The notes under the pieces were generated by a model. It worked only from the letters and a program-made list of their open reading frames with translations. It had not been told where the DNA came from and made no database searches. Below are positions 39,306 through 51,049 of a stretch of DNA of 64,000 nucleotides, one piece after another (the first letter of the stretch is position 1; each line of letters begins with the position of its first letter). The stretch is from an uncultured Methanosarcinaceae archaeon (GTDB lineage: Archaea; Halobacteriota; Methanosarcinia; Methanosarcinales; Methanosarcinaceae), in the NCBI GenBank assembly GCA_963733675.1, contig CAVTET010000001.1, forward strand, positions 800,001-864,000, read 5' to 3'. The position numbers and the translations under genes are program-made.

Positions 39306-40158
39306 GGTTCCGTTGTAAAAATCCTTTCTAATGATACAATAGAATAAAAAGAAAACCAAAGATAGTAATATGCTATCTAATTCCTTTAAATGGAAGCATT
39401 ATGAAGGAGAAATTATCCTCTTGAATGTAAGATGGTACTTAAAATATCCATTGAGCTATAAAAATTTAAAGAAAATGATGATAGAAAGAGGAATTCAAGT
39501 TGATCACAGTACTATAATGAGATGGGTACATCAATATTCTCCTGAAATCGAAAAGAAGATAAGAAGACATTTAAGACTAACAAACTATTCATGGAGAGTT
39601 GACGAAACCTATATCAAAGTAAAAGGTAAATGGAAATATTTTTACCGAGCAGTTGACTCAAATGGAGATACAATTGATTTCATGTTAAGTTCAAAACGAG
39701 ATAGAAAAGCAGCAAAGAGATTCTTTAAGAAAGCTTTAAGTTCTAATCATAATCAAATTCCAAGATTAATAACCGTTGATAAGAATCCAGCTTATCCACC
39801 TGCTATAGATAAACTAAAAATTGATAAAATACTACCTAAAAACGTAGGCATTCGACAAATCAAGTATTTGAATAACATTATAGAACAAGATCACAGATCT
39901 ATAAAGCGAATCGTTAATCCAATGTTAGGATTTCAGTCTTTTCGATCTGCTAATAAGACTTTAAAAGGAATTGAAGCTATGAATATGATTAAAAAAGATA
40001 AGTCAATAATCTAAATTACTCTATTCTTAATGAAATCAAATACATTAATCAATTATTTGGTATAGTTTTATAATGTTAGTACATTTTCCTTGAATGTTTT
40101 GATTTTTATTAATCACTTATAGATTTACATATTTTGTTGAAGTTTTTGCAACGGAACC
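39306..40158 (+). mobile_element. IS6-family insertion sequence
   Basis: TIRs ggttccgttg(t)aaaaa / tttttgcaacggaacc. Confidence 0.92.
39370..40014 (+). CDS. IS6-family transposase (likely frameshift in the last codons)
   Basis: WRVDETYIKVKGKW, RAVDSNG, YLNNIIEQDHR. Confidence 0.9.
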   Translation: MLSNSFKWKHYEGEIILLNVRWYLKYPLSYKNLKKMMIERGIQVDHSTIMRWVHQYSPEIEKKIRRHLRLTNYSWRVDETYIKVKGKWKYFYRAVDSNGDTIDFMLSSKRDRKAAKRFFKKALSSNHNQIPRLITVDKNPAYPPAIDKLKIDKILPKNVGIRQIKYLNNIIEQDHRSIKRIVNPMLGFQSFRSANKTLKGIEAMNMIKKDKSII

Positions 40159-40167
40159 TACATTTTT

Positions 40168-41193
40168 TTATTTTGGGGTGACTGCAACTCCGACAGGTCT
40201 TTTTCCTACATGTATCTTAGTCGTAACTGTGTTTGTTGCTGCATCAATTACAGATACAATAGAGTCTCCAGCATTTGCCACATATACCTTTGTTCCATCT
40301 GGATTCACTGCAACTCCATGAGGAAAGTTTCCTACAGGCACCGTGGCTACAACAGTGTTAGTTGTTGTGTTAATTACAGAAACATTTTGGCTAAAGAAGT
40401 TAGTCACGAATACCTTTGTTCCATCTGGACTCACTGCAATTCCCTTAGGTTCATTCCAGACCTTCACCGTAGCTATAACCTCATTTGTGTTTGCATCAAT
40501 TACAGAAACAGTACCTGGTATATTGGAGCTGCTTGAATTTGTCACGTATACTTTTGTTCCATCAGGCGTGACTGCAACTCCAGAAGGTTTTTGTCCTATC
40601 TTTATAGTGGCTGTAATTTTGTTTGTGCCTGTGTCAATTATAGATACACTATTGCTACCGTGGTTCACCACATATACCTTTGTCCCTGCTGGGTTGATTG
40701 CAACTCCAAAAGGATTGGTACCTACATTCACCGTGGCTGTAACTTTATCTGTGTTTGCATCAATTACAGAGACAGTGTTGTCATCACTGTTTGCTACATA
40801 TACCTTTTTTCCATCAGGGACGATGTCGACTCCCCTAGGATGGATTCCTACGGACACTATGCTTATAGAGTTGTTGATATTTGCTGTATGAATTACAAGG
40901 ACGGTGTTGTTGATGGGGTTTGTAAAATATACCTTTTTTCCATTAGGGGTAATTGCAACTTCATAAGGAAAGTGAGAATATCCCAAGTTTACCATAGCTG
41001 TAATTTTGTTCGTGGCAGTGTCAATTACAGAAACAGTGCTGCTGCCAGAGTTCGTAATATATGCAAATGGCACTGCACCTGATGTACTCATTAGCAGTAT
41101 AAATACCAGCACGGCGCCACCTAATCTCTTTATAGAATTATATTCTTTGTGTATTTTATCCCATCTCATTTTTTTCATTTTACTCCTCAACAC
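40168..41193 (-). CDS. Secreted YVTN beta-propeller protein
   Basis: Hydrophobic N-terminal segment followed by ~7 YVTN repeats. Confidence 0.9.
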   Translation of the reverse strand: MLRSKMKKMRWDKIHKEYNSIKRLGGAVLVFILLMSTSGAVPFAYITNSGSSTVSVIDTATNKITAMVNLGYSHFPYEVAITPNGKKVYFTNPINNTVLVIHTANINNSISIVSVGIHPRGVDIVPDGKKVYVANSDDNTVSVIDANTDKVTATVNVGTNPFGVAINPAGTKVYVVNHGSNSVSIIDTGTNKITATIKIGQKPSGVAVTPDGTKVYVTNSSSSNIPGTVSVIDANTNEVIATVKVWNEPKGIAVSPDGTKVFVTNFFSQNVSVINTTTNTVVATVPVGNFPHGVAVNPDGTKVYVANAGDSIVSVIDAATNTVTTKIHVGKRPVGVAVTPK

Positions 41194-43061
41194 ATATATC
41201 TATATTGAATGATATAAAAAAAGTTTAATTATGCGAAATGTATCATTTGTATTAATTATCTTAAATCACTGTCTCAGATGCACACAAGAATTGGCAACAT
41301 TGTAAATTTGATGTAAATTCAAAGTCAGATTTTTGTTTGCTGTGCGTAATTGATTCTCTTAAACTATTATCAATGGGAACCGATCTTGAAGATTATGGTA
41401 ACTTCGGATTAAATGATTTATTCTTCATTGATTTTGACTTCCTAATAAATTCATGAAAATGCCGCCAGACACTCGATCAATAAATTCTACATATATATGT
41501 GTATATATATATATTATATATGTGTATATATACATATTATGCTGCGCAAAGAAAGCTGTAAGTTGGTGTGAAAGAATATAATAATTGAAGTAAAATGTAT
41601 GACATTTATTTCTTATAAACTCGGTTTAGGAAGTTTTTAATTGTTAGATATTGTCGGTTAAAGTTCCTGGAATTTTTAATATTTAGTTGATCCCAAAACT
41701 TATTTTTACTCTAAATGAGTTGATATCATAACTCAAAATTTACTTCTTGAATCTTATATTCCTACTAATCGGTCAAATCCTTAGCGTGACAACAATTTGG
41801 TAAGTTTTCAAGATCTTGTGAAGAATATCTAAGGAGGATTGGCTTGCTTGTAAGTATCATATCAATTATTGTGTTACCTATTATATTGTGGGATGAAATA
41901 GGTTTTAAATTCAGATAATAATAAACATACAAGCAAGCAATATCCCATTGCCTTATAATATTATTTATAATTTTCTCATCACGTAACTTTGTTTCAAAAG
42001 TACCTTTTTGGGTTGAACTTTGCAACTAATCTCAAGATTTCAAAGGAAATTGGTGGCTATATAACAGATATGTATTTCTAAGTCAGTAATATAATTTTGC
42101 AGAGTTTCTATTCAAATAAATAAAACTCTTTTTATTAGAGTGAGCGATTTAAAATCACTTTTTGAGTGTTATATAATTCAAAAAAAATATTTGAAAATAT
42201 TTTTTATGAAAAATAGCATCATGAGTCCGTAATTTCTCTTTGGTTTAGTTACTTTAAATGAGAAATTATTTTCAAACCGCACAAAACATCAAAGAACCAT
42301 ATTTGCATGTATATCGCTTGGTTATTCTCTATAAACTAGGGTTTGTTTTCGTTTTTTGCATATCGAGCTGCAAGCTTAATTTTTTTCCAGATAGCTTTAT
42401 AGATTAACCTTCGATTTTCATGAATTCATTATATCTAATTTATGAGCTTGCGACTAAATTTAGGAACTTATCGAAAATTCTTCAAAAAAATCAATTTTGA
42501 GCTTTTGGATTGGCTACATTAGCTTAAGCAATGAAAATGCAAAACAAGTGCGATAATGACTATTGTTTGAAATTATATTTTGGTCGTTAAAAGCTTTGAT
42601 ATTTCTGAGATTTTAGTTCAACTGCTTTAACCCTATAATCGCATTTATTCTTTACTCGGAAAACACATACATTTGTTTAATTTATTTGTTGATTTACCTA
42701 ATGTTATATATCGAAGGGTGAAATACATATTTTAATGATCACTAAATAAAAAAAGTTTGTGACAGTTGTATATATGGACTCGTGGGGAGATTGAAATTAA
42801 ATATTAGATAAATATTTATAATGGGTCAGCTATACGACTTCCGATTGCTGCCATTGAGTAGTAAAATAAAATTTCGAACTAATATAACAGCTGTGAACTA
42901 TGGTTTCGAACTAAAAACCTGTATTTGATTCATTAAAAGTTCAATAACCACCGAAAACAATAAAAAGAGAAAAATGCAAAAATAATTTTTCCATATCTAT
43001 GTTTTCAGCGGTTCATGTTTAGGTTAAGATTAGTAAAGAAATTTTGGTACTTGATCATAAA

Positions 43062-44768
43062 ATGATAACACCAGATATACTTTCAGATGGTATAATGCTA
43101 ATCCTTTTTTTGGTTCTCATAACTGGGGTTGCATTTCCTTTTAGCAGTTTCATTGTTCGTGTTTTTGACGGAAGTTTTTCCAGAGGAATCCTGGGAAGCT
43201 TTGAACGGGTAATATACAGATTAATAGATACTGATCCCGATAAAGAAGAAGGATGGCGGGGCTACACCAGAGATATGCTCATTTTCAATGGTATAGGTTT
43301 TGTAATTCTTCTTTTAATTCTTCTTTTTCAAGATTCTCTGCCTCTCAACCCACAAAAATTTGGGGCTTTTAATCTAAGTTTTGCCATCAACACTGCATCT
43401 AGTTTTATCACTAATACAAACTGGCAGGTCTACAGCGGTGAATCGGCTGCGAGTTATTTTACTCAGATGGCTGGACTTACAGTTCATAACTTCCTTTCCG
43501 CAGCTACAGGTATCTGCATAGCGATTGCAGTGATGCGGGGTATTACCCGCCAGTCGACCTATAAGATCGGCAACTTTTGGGTAGATATGATTCGTTGCAC
43601 TCTCTACATCCTTTTGCCGATAGCTTTCATTTTTGCTCTTGTGCTTGTTTCCCAGGGCGTTATTCAGAATATTGATCCTTATGTAAACGTCACAGGGTAT
43701 GGCCCGACAGGACCCCAGACAATCCCAATGGGACCAGTAGCTTCTCAGGAAGCAATAAAAATGTTCGGTACCAACGGAGGAGGATTTTTCAATGCAAACT
43801 CTGCACATCCCTATGAAAATCCAACACCTTTGACTAACATTATAGAGATTTTCCTTATGCTCATAATATCTGCAACTCTGCCTCTGGTCTTTGGAAGAAT
43901 GGTCGGAAGTATGAGACAGGGGTGGGTTATCTACTCTATTATGTTAGTGTTGTTTTTATTGGGATTCTGTACACTCTACGCTGCAGAGCTAGCGGGCAAT
44001 CCACTGATTAAAGAACTTGGCGTTTCCGGAATATCTATGGAAGGAAAAGAAGTCAGGTTTGGGCTATGGGGGTCCTCGCTTTTTGTCACATCTACTACGG
44101 CAACTTCCTGTGGTGCAGTTAACAGTATGCATGATTCGCTCACTCCACTAGGTGGTCTGGTGCCTATGTTCCTGATTCTTCTAGGTGAAGTCGTCTTCGG
44201 GGGGGTAGGATCTGGATTTTACACTATGATCGGATTTTTGGTGCTTTCGGTCTTCATTGCAGGACTCATGATTGGCCGCGTCCCTGAATACCTCGGGAAA
44301 AAAATAGAGGCATTAGAAATGAAGATGGCTGTCATAACCGTTCTTGTCCCTGGAATTCTTGTTCTCCTTTTTTCGGGTATTGCACTTGTTCTACCGAAAG
44401 TTGGAGATTTAATGGCAAATCCGGGTCCTCATGGACTTTCCGAAGTGGTATATGCCTTTGCATCCATGTCTAATAATAACGGTAGTGCCTTTGCTGGGCT
44501 TGACGCAACAAAGCCATTTTTCACACTTGGGGGTAGCATAGCAATGTTGATAGGCAGGTTTGTCCCTGCAATTGCCGTGCTAGCAATAGCAGGATCGATG
44601 GCGCAAAAGAAAAAAGTTCCATCAAGTTTAGGAACTCTTCCCACAGCTTCGGTTTCATTTGCTACTTGGACGATTCTAGTGATCCTGATCATCGGTGCTC
44701 TCACCTTCTTCCCACTATTCGCCACCGGCCCGATTATCGAACACCTGATTATGATGGGAGGGAATTAA
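43062..44768 (+). CDS. kdpA: K+-transporting ATPase subunit A
   Basis: Filter motifs [27 protein letters not shown]; start ATG 43062 or TTG 43044. Confidence 0.96.
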   Translation: MITPDILSDGIMLILFLVLITGVAFPFSSFIVRVFDGSFSRGILGSFERVIYRLIDTDPDKEEGWRGYTRDMLIFNGIGFVILLLILLFQDSLPLNPQKFGAFNLSFAINTASSFITNTNWQVYSGESAASYFTQMAGLTVHNFLSAATGICIAIAVMRGITRQSTYKIGNFWVDMIRCTLYILLPIAFIFALVLVSQGVIQNIDPYVNVTGYGPTGPQTIPMGPVASQEAIKMFGTNGGGFFNANSAHPYENPTPLTNIIEIFLMLIISATLPLVFGRMVGSMRQGWVIYSIMLVLFLLGFCTLYAAELAGNPLIKELGVSGISMEGKEVRFGLWGSSLFVTSTTATSCGAVNSMHDSLTPLGGLVPMFLILLGEVVFGGVGSGFYTMIGFLVLSVFIAGLMIGRVPEYLGKKIEALEMKMAVITVLVPGILVLLFSGIALVLPKVGDLMANPGPHGLSEVVYAFASMSNNNGSAFAGLDATKPFFTLGGSIAMLIGRFVPAIAVLAIAGSMAQKKKVPSSLGTLPTASVSFATWTILVILIIGALTFFPLFATGPIIEHLIMMGGN

Positions 44769-44770
44769 TA

Positions 44771-46840
44771 ATGCCACGAACGCAATCTTCCCATGTAGGT
44801 GCCTTTGATTCGAAACTTATTCGTGAAGCGCTTATCAGTTCAGTGTTGAAACTGAACCTACGTCAGCAGATCGAAAACCCGGTAATGTTTACAGTAGAAA
44901 TAGGAAGTATCCTAACCACGATGAGTTTTCTTATCAGCTTCTTCTCTGCTACCACTGAATCCTCTTTCTTCATTGGCTTTATTTCTCTCTGGCTTTGGCT
45001 GACCGTGCTCTTTTCTAACTTTGCGGAAGCTCTGTCTGAAGGCCGTGGTAAAGCCAGAGCAGCATCTCTCCGGCTGTCCAGAACAAGCGTTCCTGCTAGA
45101 AAGCTCACAACAGAATCTTTTGATAGTCCTTTCACTGAAGTGCCTTCCTCCGATCTCCAGAAAGGTGACCTTGTCCTTGTAAAGACAAACGAAGTAATCC
45201 CTGGAGACGGAGACGTAGTGAAGGGAGTTGCATTAGTTAATGAAGCAGCAATTACCGGGGAATCTGCACCTGTTGTGCGTGAATTTGGTGGTGACCGAAG
45301 TGCTGTAACCGGAGGAACTACAGTTATTGCCAATGAGATAATCATCAAAATTACCGCTGATCCTGGACATACTTTTCTGGACCGTATGATCTCCATGGTG
45401 GAGGGTGCAGAGAGACGGAAGACTCCTAATGAAATAGCTCTCGGAATACTACTCATTTCACTGACAGTTGTATTTCTCGCGGTTGTAGTCAGCATGTACT
45501 CCGCTTCTGCGTATAGCGCTTCTTCAAGTGGAAGAGGTTCCCCCGTAAGTTTCACAGTACTAATTGCACTTTTCGTATGTTTAGCACCCACAACCATTGC
45601 AGCCCTGCTCTCAGCAATCGGAATAGCCGGGATGGATCGTTTATTCCAGTTGAATGTCGTCGCTCTCTCAGGAAGGGCAATCGAAGCTGCAGGAGATGTA
45701 AATGTCCTACTGCTGGATAAAACAGGTACTATCACCTTAGGTAACCGACAGGCAACTGAGTTTTTGCCAGTAGATGGTCAATCAACTGATGACTTGATTG
45801 AAGCTGCTATGCTGTCCTCTTCTGCAGACGATACTCCCGAGGGCAAAAGCATTATTGATCTCATTCAAAAAAATATCGGAACAGTTCCAGTTTCTTCAGA
45901 GAATGTCACTTTCACGCCATTTTCGGCCGTTACCAGAGTCAGTAGTGCAAAATGCGGCGAGATAACATACCTAAAGGGTGCTTCCGATGCAATAAATAAG
46001 TTCGTTCTTGAGCGTGGGGGTACCATTCCGTCGGATTTGAAAGCGAAAGTAGACGGAATTGCGTCTAAAGGAGGTACACCGTTGGTTGTCGCTCGTAATG
46101 AAACAATTCTCGGTGTGATATTCCTCAAAGATATTTTAAAAACTGGTATTCGAGAGAGATTTGCAGATCTGCGCAAGATAGGAATAAAGACGATTATGAT
46201 TACAGGAGATAATCCTCTTACTGCTGCTACTATCGCAGCAGAAGCCGGAGTAGATGATTATCTAGCAGAAGCAAAACCTGAAGATAAACTCTCGATGATC
46301 AAGGACTACCAGACAGAAGGCTACATGGTTGCCATGACAGGTGACGGAACAAATGATGCTCCTGCTCTTGCCCAAGCCGATGTAGCTGTGGCTATGAACA
46401 ATGGCACACAGCCTGCAAGAGAAGCTTCAAACATCATTGATCTAGATAGCAATCCAACCAAACTGTTGGACATTGTCGAGATAGGTAAGCAAATTTTGAT
46501 GACTCGCGGAGCTCTGACCACCTTTTCTATAGCTAACGATATCGCCAAATATTTTGCAATCATTCCCGCTGCTCTGGTAGGTATATATCCGAAGCTTGAG
46601 GTGCTGAATATCATGAGTCTTGCAACACCGCAGTCTGCCATTCTTTCTGCGGTCATATTTAATGCTGTGATTATTCCGATGCTTATACCACTTGCACTAG
46701 CTGGGATAAAGTTTAAGTCTATGTCGGCTTCGAAGCTTTTTGCCTACAACCTGACCATCTTTGGTTTTGGTGGGGTCATTGCCCCCTTTATAGGGATCAA
46801 GGTAATAGACCTGATATTGGCCGGTTTACTGCATATCTGA
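44771..46840 (+). CDS. kdpB: K+-transporting ATPase subunit B (P-type)
   Basis: TGES, DKTGT, TGDN, GDGTNDAPAL; ATG at 44771. Confidence 0.97.
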   Translation: MPRTQSSHVGAFDSKLIREALISSVLKLNLRQQIENPVMFTVEIGSILTTMSFLISFFSATTESSFFIGFISLWLWLTVLFSNFAEALSEGRGKARAASLRLSRTSVPARKLTTESFDSPFTEVPSSDLQKGDLVLVKTNEVIPGDGDVVKGVALVNEAAITGESAPVVREFGGDRSAVTGGTTVIANEIIIKITADPGHTFLDRMISMVEGAERRKTPNEIALGILLISLTVVFLAVVVSMYSASAYSASSSGRGSPVSFTVLIALFVCLAPTTIAALLSAIGIAGMDRLFQLNVVALSGRAIEAAGDVNVLLLDKTGTITLGNRQATEFLPVDGQSTDDLIEAAMLSSSADDTPEGKSIIDLIQKNIGTVPVSSENVTFTPFSAVTRVSSAKCGEITYLKGASDAINKFVLERGGTIPSDLKAKVDGIASKGGTPLVVARNETILGVIFLKDILKTGIRERFADLRKIGIKTIMITGDNPLTAATIAAEAGVDDYLAEAKPEDKLSMIKDYQTEGYMVAMTGDGTNDAPALAQADVAVAMNNGTQPAREASNIIDLDSNPTKLLDIVEIGKQILMTRGALTTFSIANDIAKYFAIIPAALVGIYPKLEVLNIMSLATPQSAILSAVIFNAVIIPMLIPLALAGIKFKSMSASKLFAYNLTIFGFGGVIAPFIGIKVIDLILAGLLHI

Positions 46841-46847
46841 GGAGGTA

Positions 46848-47414
46848 TTGATCATGAAATCTCTCAAAAAAGCCACGTTGCTATTTGGAGTATTATTTAT
46901 AATCACAGGACTTGTCTATCCCCTTGCTGTGACGCTGGTATCACAGAGCGTATTCCCTTCCCAGGCTCATGGGAGCCTTATTATGGACAGTAACAAAACA
47001 ATTATTGGTTCAAAGCTCATTGGTCAGAACTTTACTGTACCTCAATACTTCCAAAGCAGGCCTTCAGCTAGTGGAAGTGGATATGATCCAACTTCTTCCA
47101 CAGGGTCTAACCTCGGCCCGACAAACCCTGCTCTCTTCGGATTGGTAGCCAATAGGACTAGTGCACTAAAGGAAGCAGGTGTTACTGACCTTATACCATC
47201 TGATCTGGTTATGGCTTCGGGAAGCGGACTTGATCCACACATAAGCCTGAAATCCGCACTTGTAGAGATACCTGCTGTGGCGAAGGCGCGCAACATTCCG
47301 GAAGAAGAACTCAAAAAACTTGTGCTTTCAGAATCTATCGATTCTCCATTCACTGGAACTTATGTTAATGTTCTTTCTCTCAACCAAGCGCTTGATAAGA
47401 AAGGGAGTACTTAA
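46848..47414 (+). CDS. kdpC: K+-transporting ATPase subunit C
   Basis: GSKLIGQNF, YFQSRPSA, SGSGLDPHIS. Confidence 0.95.
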   Translation: MIMKSLKKATLLFGVLFIITGLVYPLAVTLVSQSVFPSQAHGSLIMDSNKTIIGSKLIGQNFTVPQYFQSRPSASGSGYDPTSSTGSNLGPTNPALFGLVANRTSALKEAGVTDLIPSDLVMASGSGLDPHISLKSALVEIPAVAKARNIPEEELKKLVLSESIDSPFTGTYVNVLSLNQALDKKGST

Positions 47415-47423
47415 GAGGAAATT

Positions 47424-49364
47424 ATGCTAATGGATCGTCGTGAAGAAGAAGAAGGAAGACCACTAGCTGAAGATTTGCTGTGCATTGCTCGTTATAATGA
47501 GCAAAAAGAGCATGAAGGAAAGTTGACAGTTTACTTGGGCTACTCTGCAGGTGTTGGAAAGACATACTCAATGCTTCAAGATGCACTTCAGCGGCTACGG
47601 GAAGGAAGAGATGTTGTTGTCGGCTATGTTGAGAGCCATGACCGACCTGAGACAAACGCACTGGTAAGTCATTTTGAGATCATTCCAACAGTCTCCATGG
47701 AACATCATGGCCTCTCTCTGAAGGAGTTAGATCCAGATTCAATCATTAGGCGTCATCCTCAAATAGTCCTGGTAGATGAGTTGGCCCATACCAACGCTCC
47801 AGCCAGTAAGCATTTGAAGAGGTACCAGGATGTCGAAGAGATCCTACAAGCAGGAATATCAGTTTATACAACCATTAATATCCAGCATATTGAGAGCCAG
47901 AACGATGCAGTTGCCCAAATCATTGACATCCGGGTTTCTGAAATCGTACCGGATGCTTTCTTTTCCAATGCCGATGAGATTCGGTTAATCGATATCACAC
48001 CAGAAGAGCTAAATATTCGCCTCAAAGCAGGGAAAATCTATTTGAAAGGTATGGCTGAAGCTGCTATACAGAGTTTCTTCAGAACAGGTAATCTCCTTGC
48101 ACTAAGGCAACTTGCATTGCGATATATGGCAGTATATACTGACCAGATGATGATTGGTTATATGAGGAGCCGAGCTATCAAGGGTCCATGGCCTGCCGTA
48201 GAAAGGCTTCTGGTGTGTATCCGTCCAGGTCCCACAGCTGAAGCCATGGTGAGGGCAGCATACAAGCTTGCAACGAGATTCGATGCTGACTTTATAGTAT
48301 TTTCAGTAGATATCGGTGATGATAGGGCTTTATCTTCTATGGAACGTGTCTGGCTCAATCAAGCTCTAGAAACATCTCGACGACTGGGTGGCCGGATAGT
48401 TCGTTACCGTGGGAACGATATAGCTGACGAAATTGTACGCTATGCTCGGCGGAGCAATGTCAACATGATTATGCTTGGAAAACCCCACGGAATAGATGTG
48501 CTCTTTTCTCCGGTATATAGGGTCATAAGGAATTCGCATGGTATTGATATCCACCTTTACGAGCCAAAAGGAAACGGCTTGCACATACCTCTTCAGCGAC
48601 GAATTCCACTATTTTTTACAGCTGAATATGCAATTAGCCTCATCCTAATTATAGCAGTAGTGAGCTTCAATTTTTTTCTTAAAGATCATATTGGACCTAC
48701 GAACTTGCTGATTATTCAGATTTTGCCAGTCCTTGTATCTGCTTTTTTCTTCAGGCGCAGAGTAGCTATGTTTACAGCATTTGTGAGTATCTTACTTTTT
48801 GATTTTTTCTTTGTCAAGCCTTACTATTCAATTGGTATCGAAGACTTGCAATACTTCATCGCTTTTGTAGGATATGTCGCTATTGCTCTTATAATCAGCA
48901 GCCTTGCAACTCGGCTGCGTCATCTTTTGCCTCAGATATGGAAGAGCGAAGCTCAAGTGGAAGCAACATCAGGCCTTTCCCGTGAACTTGTGGAAGCAAA
49001 AACACGGCAAGAAGTTTTAAAAATTCTCTCCGATCAAATGCACAAATTTGCACCAGGTACTTTTGCAATACTCGTATCCAGCTCCTCCGGTCTTCAAATC
49101 GAAGAAGGTGATGCTGACTACCCGCTCAAAGATAAAGAGAGTGAAATTGCTCGATGGGCTTATAACAATTGCCAGGCAGCTGGATATGGAACAGATAATC
49201 TTCCCGCAGGAAGAGGGCACTATATCCCACTCAAAACGCACAGGAGGATATTGGGTCTCATGGCATTTGCCTTTGAACAGCCTGAGATAGCTCTTACTCC
49301 AGAAAATAAAGAGATATTTGAAACAATGGCATTTCTTGGGGCTCTTGCACTTGAACGCGTCTGA
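47424..49364 (+). CDS. kdpD: KdpD-like sensor (KdpD + Usp + 4-TM DUF4118 + GAF) lacking histidine kinase domains
   Basis: GYSAGVGKTYSML, LVDELAHTN, KRYQDVEEIL; ends at ALALER, with no H-box or HATPase domain. Confidence 0.9.
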   Translation: MLMDRREEEEGRPLAEDLLCIARYNEQKEHEGKLTVYLGYSAGVGKTYSMLQDALQRLREGRDVVVGYVESHDRPETNALVSHFEIIPTVSMEHHGLSLKELDPDSIIRRHPQIVLVDELAHTNAPASKHLKRYQDVEEILQAGISVYTTINIQHIESQNDAVAQIIDIRVSEIVPDAFFSNADEIRLIDITPEELNIRLKAGKIYLKGMAEAAIQSFFRTGNLLALRQLALRYMAVYTDQMMIGYMRSRAIKGPWPAVERLLVCIRPGPTAEAMVRAAYKLATRFDADFIVFSVDIGDDRALSSMERVWLNQALETSRRLGGRIVRYRGNDIADEIVRYARRSNVNMIMLGKPHGIDVLFSPVYRVIRNSHGIDIHLYEPKGNGLHIPLQRRIPLFFTAEYAISLILIIAVVSFNFFLKDHIGPTNLLIIQILPVLVSAFFFRRRVAMFTAFVSILLFDFFFVKPYYSIGIEDLQYFIAFVGYVAIALIISSLATRLRHLLPQIWKSEAQVEATSGLSRELVEAKTRQEVLKILSDQMHKFAPGTFAILVSSSSGLQIEEGDADYPLKDKESEIARWAYNNCQAAGYGTDNLPAGRGHYIPLKTHRRILGLMAFAFEQPEIALTPENKEIFETMAFLGALALERV

Positions 49365-49663
49365 TAAAAGTGCGGACTTCATCTGAAGTAGAAAACTTTG
49401 CATGCAAGTATTTTGTTCTTCAGCGAACCCCCTCTCCCTTCTGCTTCGTAGCGAGGAAGATGCTTCCTGGTTGAACCATTTCTTTTATAAGAATATGTTC
49501 CCAGTTTTATTCCCTGAGTTCCATAGGTGTCAGATTAAGATCAGATTTTAATCTTGAAGAGATAATTTCTTAATATTAATAGCAGTATTGATATCTTATT
49601 ATGATTTGTTTTACATTCAGGACATTCCCATTCTCTATATTTCAATGTTGGTTCTGAGTTATG

Positions 49664-50114
49664 GAATCCATAAGTTTAAAAAAGCGCATTTCTGCATTAT
49701 AAATGAAAAAAATTAAGATATCAAATACCTATCAATAAAAATTCAAGAATGTAATCAATAACCTAATTCCTGTAATAGCAGGCCAGTATAGTACCTTCAT
49801 GTACCTGTTGTCTTTTGTATCAAAAGCTCTGAATTTCCTAAATTCCATCCAGAATAAAAAAAATTGCTGATCTATTACTAATGGAGTTTATGGGGCTCAT
49901 AAAGCTTATGGAGTTCCTGGAACACTTGGAATTAATTAGCTTACTTGTTTCCTGTGATCTGATCTTCATTTATATCAATAAGTATTGAGACTACTAAACT
50001 CAATACTGGTTGCTAGTTAGGATACCAAAACCATTTTGCTTTTTAAATTTAATATTCTCTTTCCATATTGCATAATATCTATAAAACTCAGTATATACAA
50101 TAGGATTAACACTG
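49664..50114 (+). repeat. Dispersed repeat module, copy 2, left part
   Basis: Matches 20003-20487. Confidence 0.85.
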
Positions 50115-50302
50115 CCAAAATTTAAATACTAATTAATATCCAATGATTGATATATACTATCGATCCTTAATATTAATTCTAAACTGATATAGTTAAACTG
50201 GAAATCACATCCTTTTGTCATGAGTATGTTTTTTCAATTTAACTGAATAAGTCCTAACCAAATTAAAATTATATCTAACTTAATAAAATAGAGTGTAAAC
50301 GA

Positions 50303-50977
50303 ATGTTGAAACAATCATCCAGTAAAATTAAACAAGTAATGGCTAGTTTGCTGGTAGTTTTTTTTGTAGTATCAGTGACAGCTGCAGCAGTGAGTGCAGA
50401 ACCTGTTATGGTAAAAGCTGCGAAAGGAGTAGCAGTAGATTCTGAAAATGGACAGATGATAGCTGCAAAAGGAGTAGCAGTGGCTCGTGAAGCTGGACAG
50501 GTAAAAGCTGCGAAAGGAGCATCAGTGGCTCGTGAAGCTGGCCAGGTAAAAGCTGCGAAAGGAGCATCAGTAGCTCGTGAAGCTGGTCAGGTAAACGCTG
50601 CGAAAGGAATGGTCGTGGATTCTGAAACTGGGAAGATGATAGCTGCAAAAGGAGTAGCATTAGATCGTGAAACTGGACAGATAAAAGCCGCGAAAGGAGT
50701 TGCATCGGATACTAAAAAAAGACATGTAAGTACTAAAAAAGGACATGTAACTACTAAAAAAAGACACGTAAATACTAAAAAAAGACATGTGAACGCTGCG
50801 AAAGGAATGGTCGTGGATTCTGAAACTGGAAAGATGATAGCTGCGAAAGGAGTAGCAACAGATACTGAAAATGGACAGGTAAACGCTGTGAAAGGAGTGG
50901 CTGTGGATCCTGAAACTACAAAGATTATAAAAGCTGTGAAAGGGGCGTTTATAGATACGGGAACTGGGGAACAATAG
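50303..50977 (+). CDS. Secreted protein with eleven 15-aa AAKG repeats and a KKRHV insert
   Basis: Signal peptide ending AVSA; repeat consensus AAKGVAVDxETGQ(V/M)x; RBS-like gagtgt. Confidence 0.85.
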   Translation: MLKQSSSKIKQVMASLLVVFFVVSVTAAAVSAEPVMVKAAKGVAVDSENGQMIAAKGVAVAREAGQVKAAKGASVAREAGQVKAAKGASVAREAGQVNAAKGMVVDSETGKMIAAKGVALDRETGQIKAAKGVASDTKKRHVSTKKGHVTTKKRHVNTKKRHVNAAKGMVVDSETGKMIAAKGVATDTENGQVNAVKGVAVDPETTKIIKAVKGAFIDTGTGEQ

Positions 50978-51049
50978 AAAAGAAAGATAAGTATAAAAGG
51001 ATCAATGATTATAAAAATCATTTGATCACTTTTTAACTAGGGCCCTGGC

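Noticed and set aside
41488-41540. TA-rich microsatellite
   Set aside because: Low-complexity sequence with no evidence of function.
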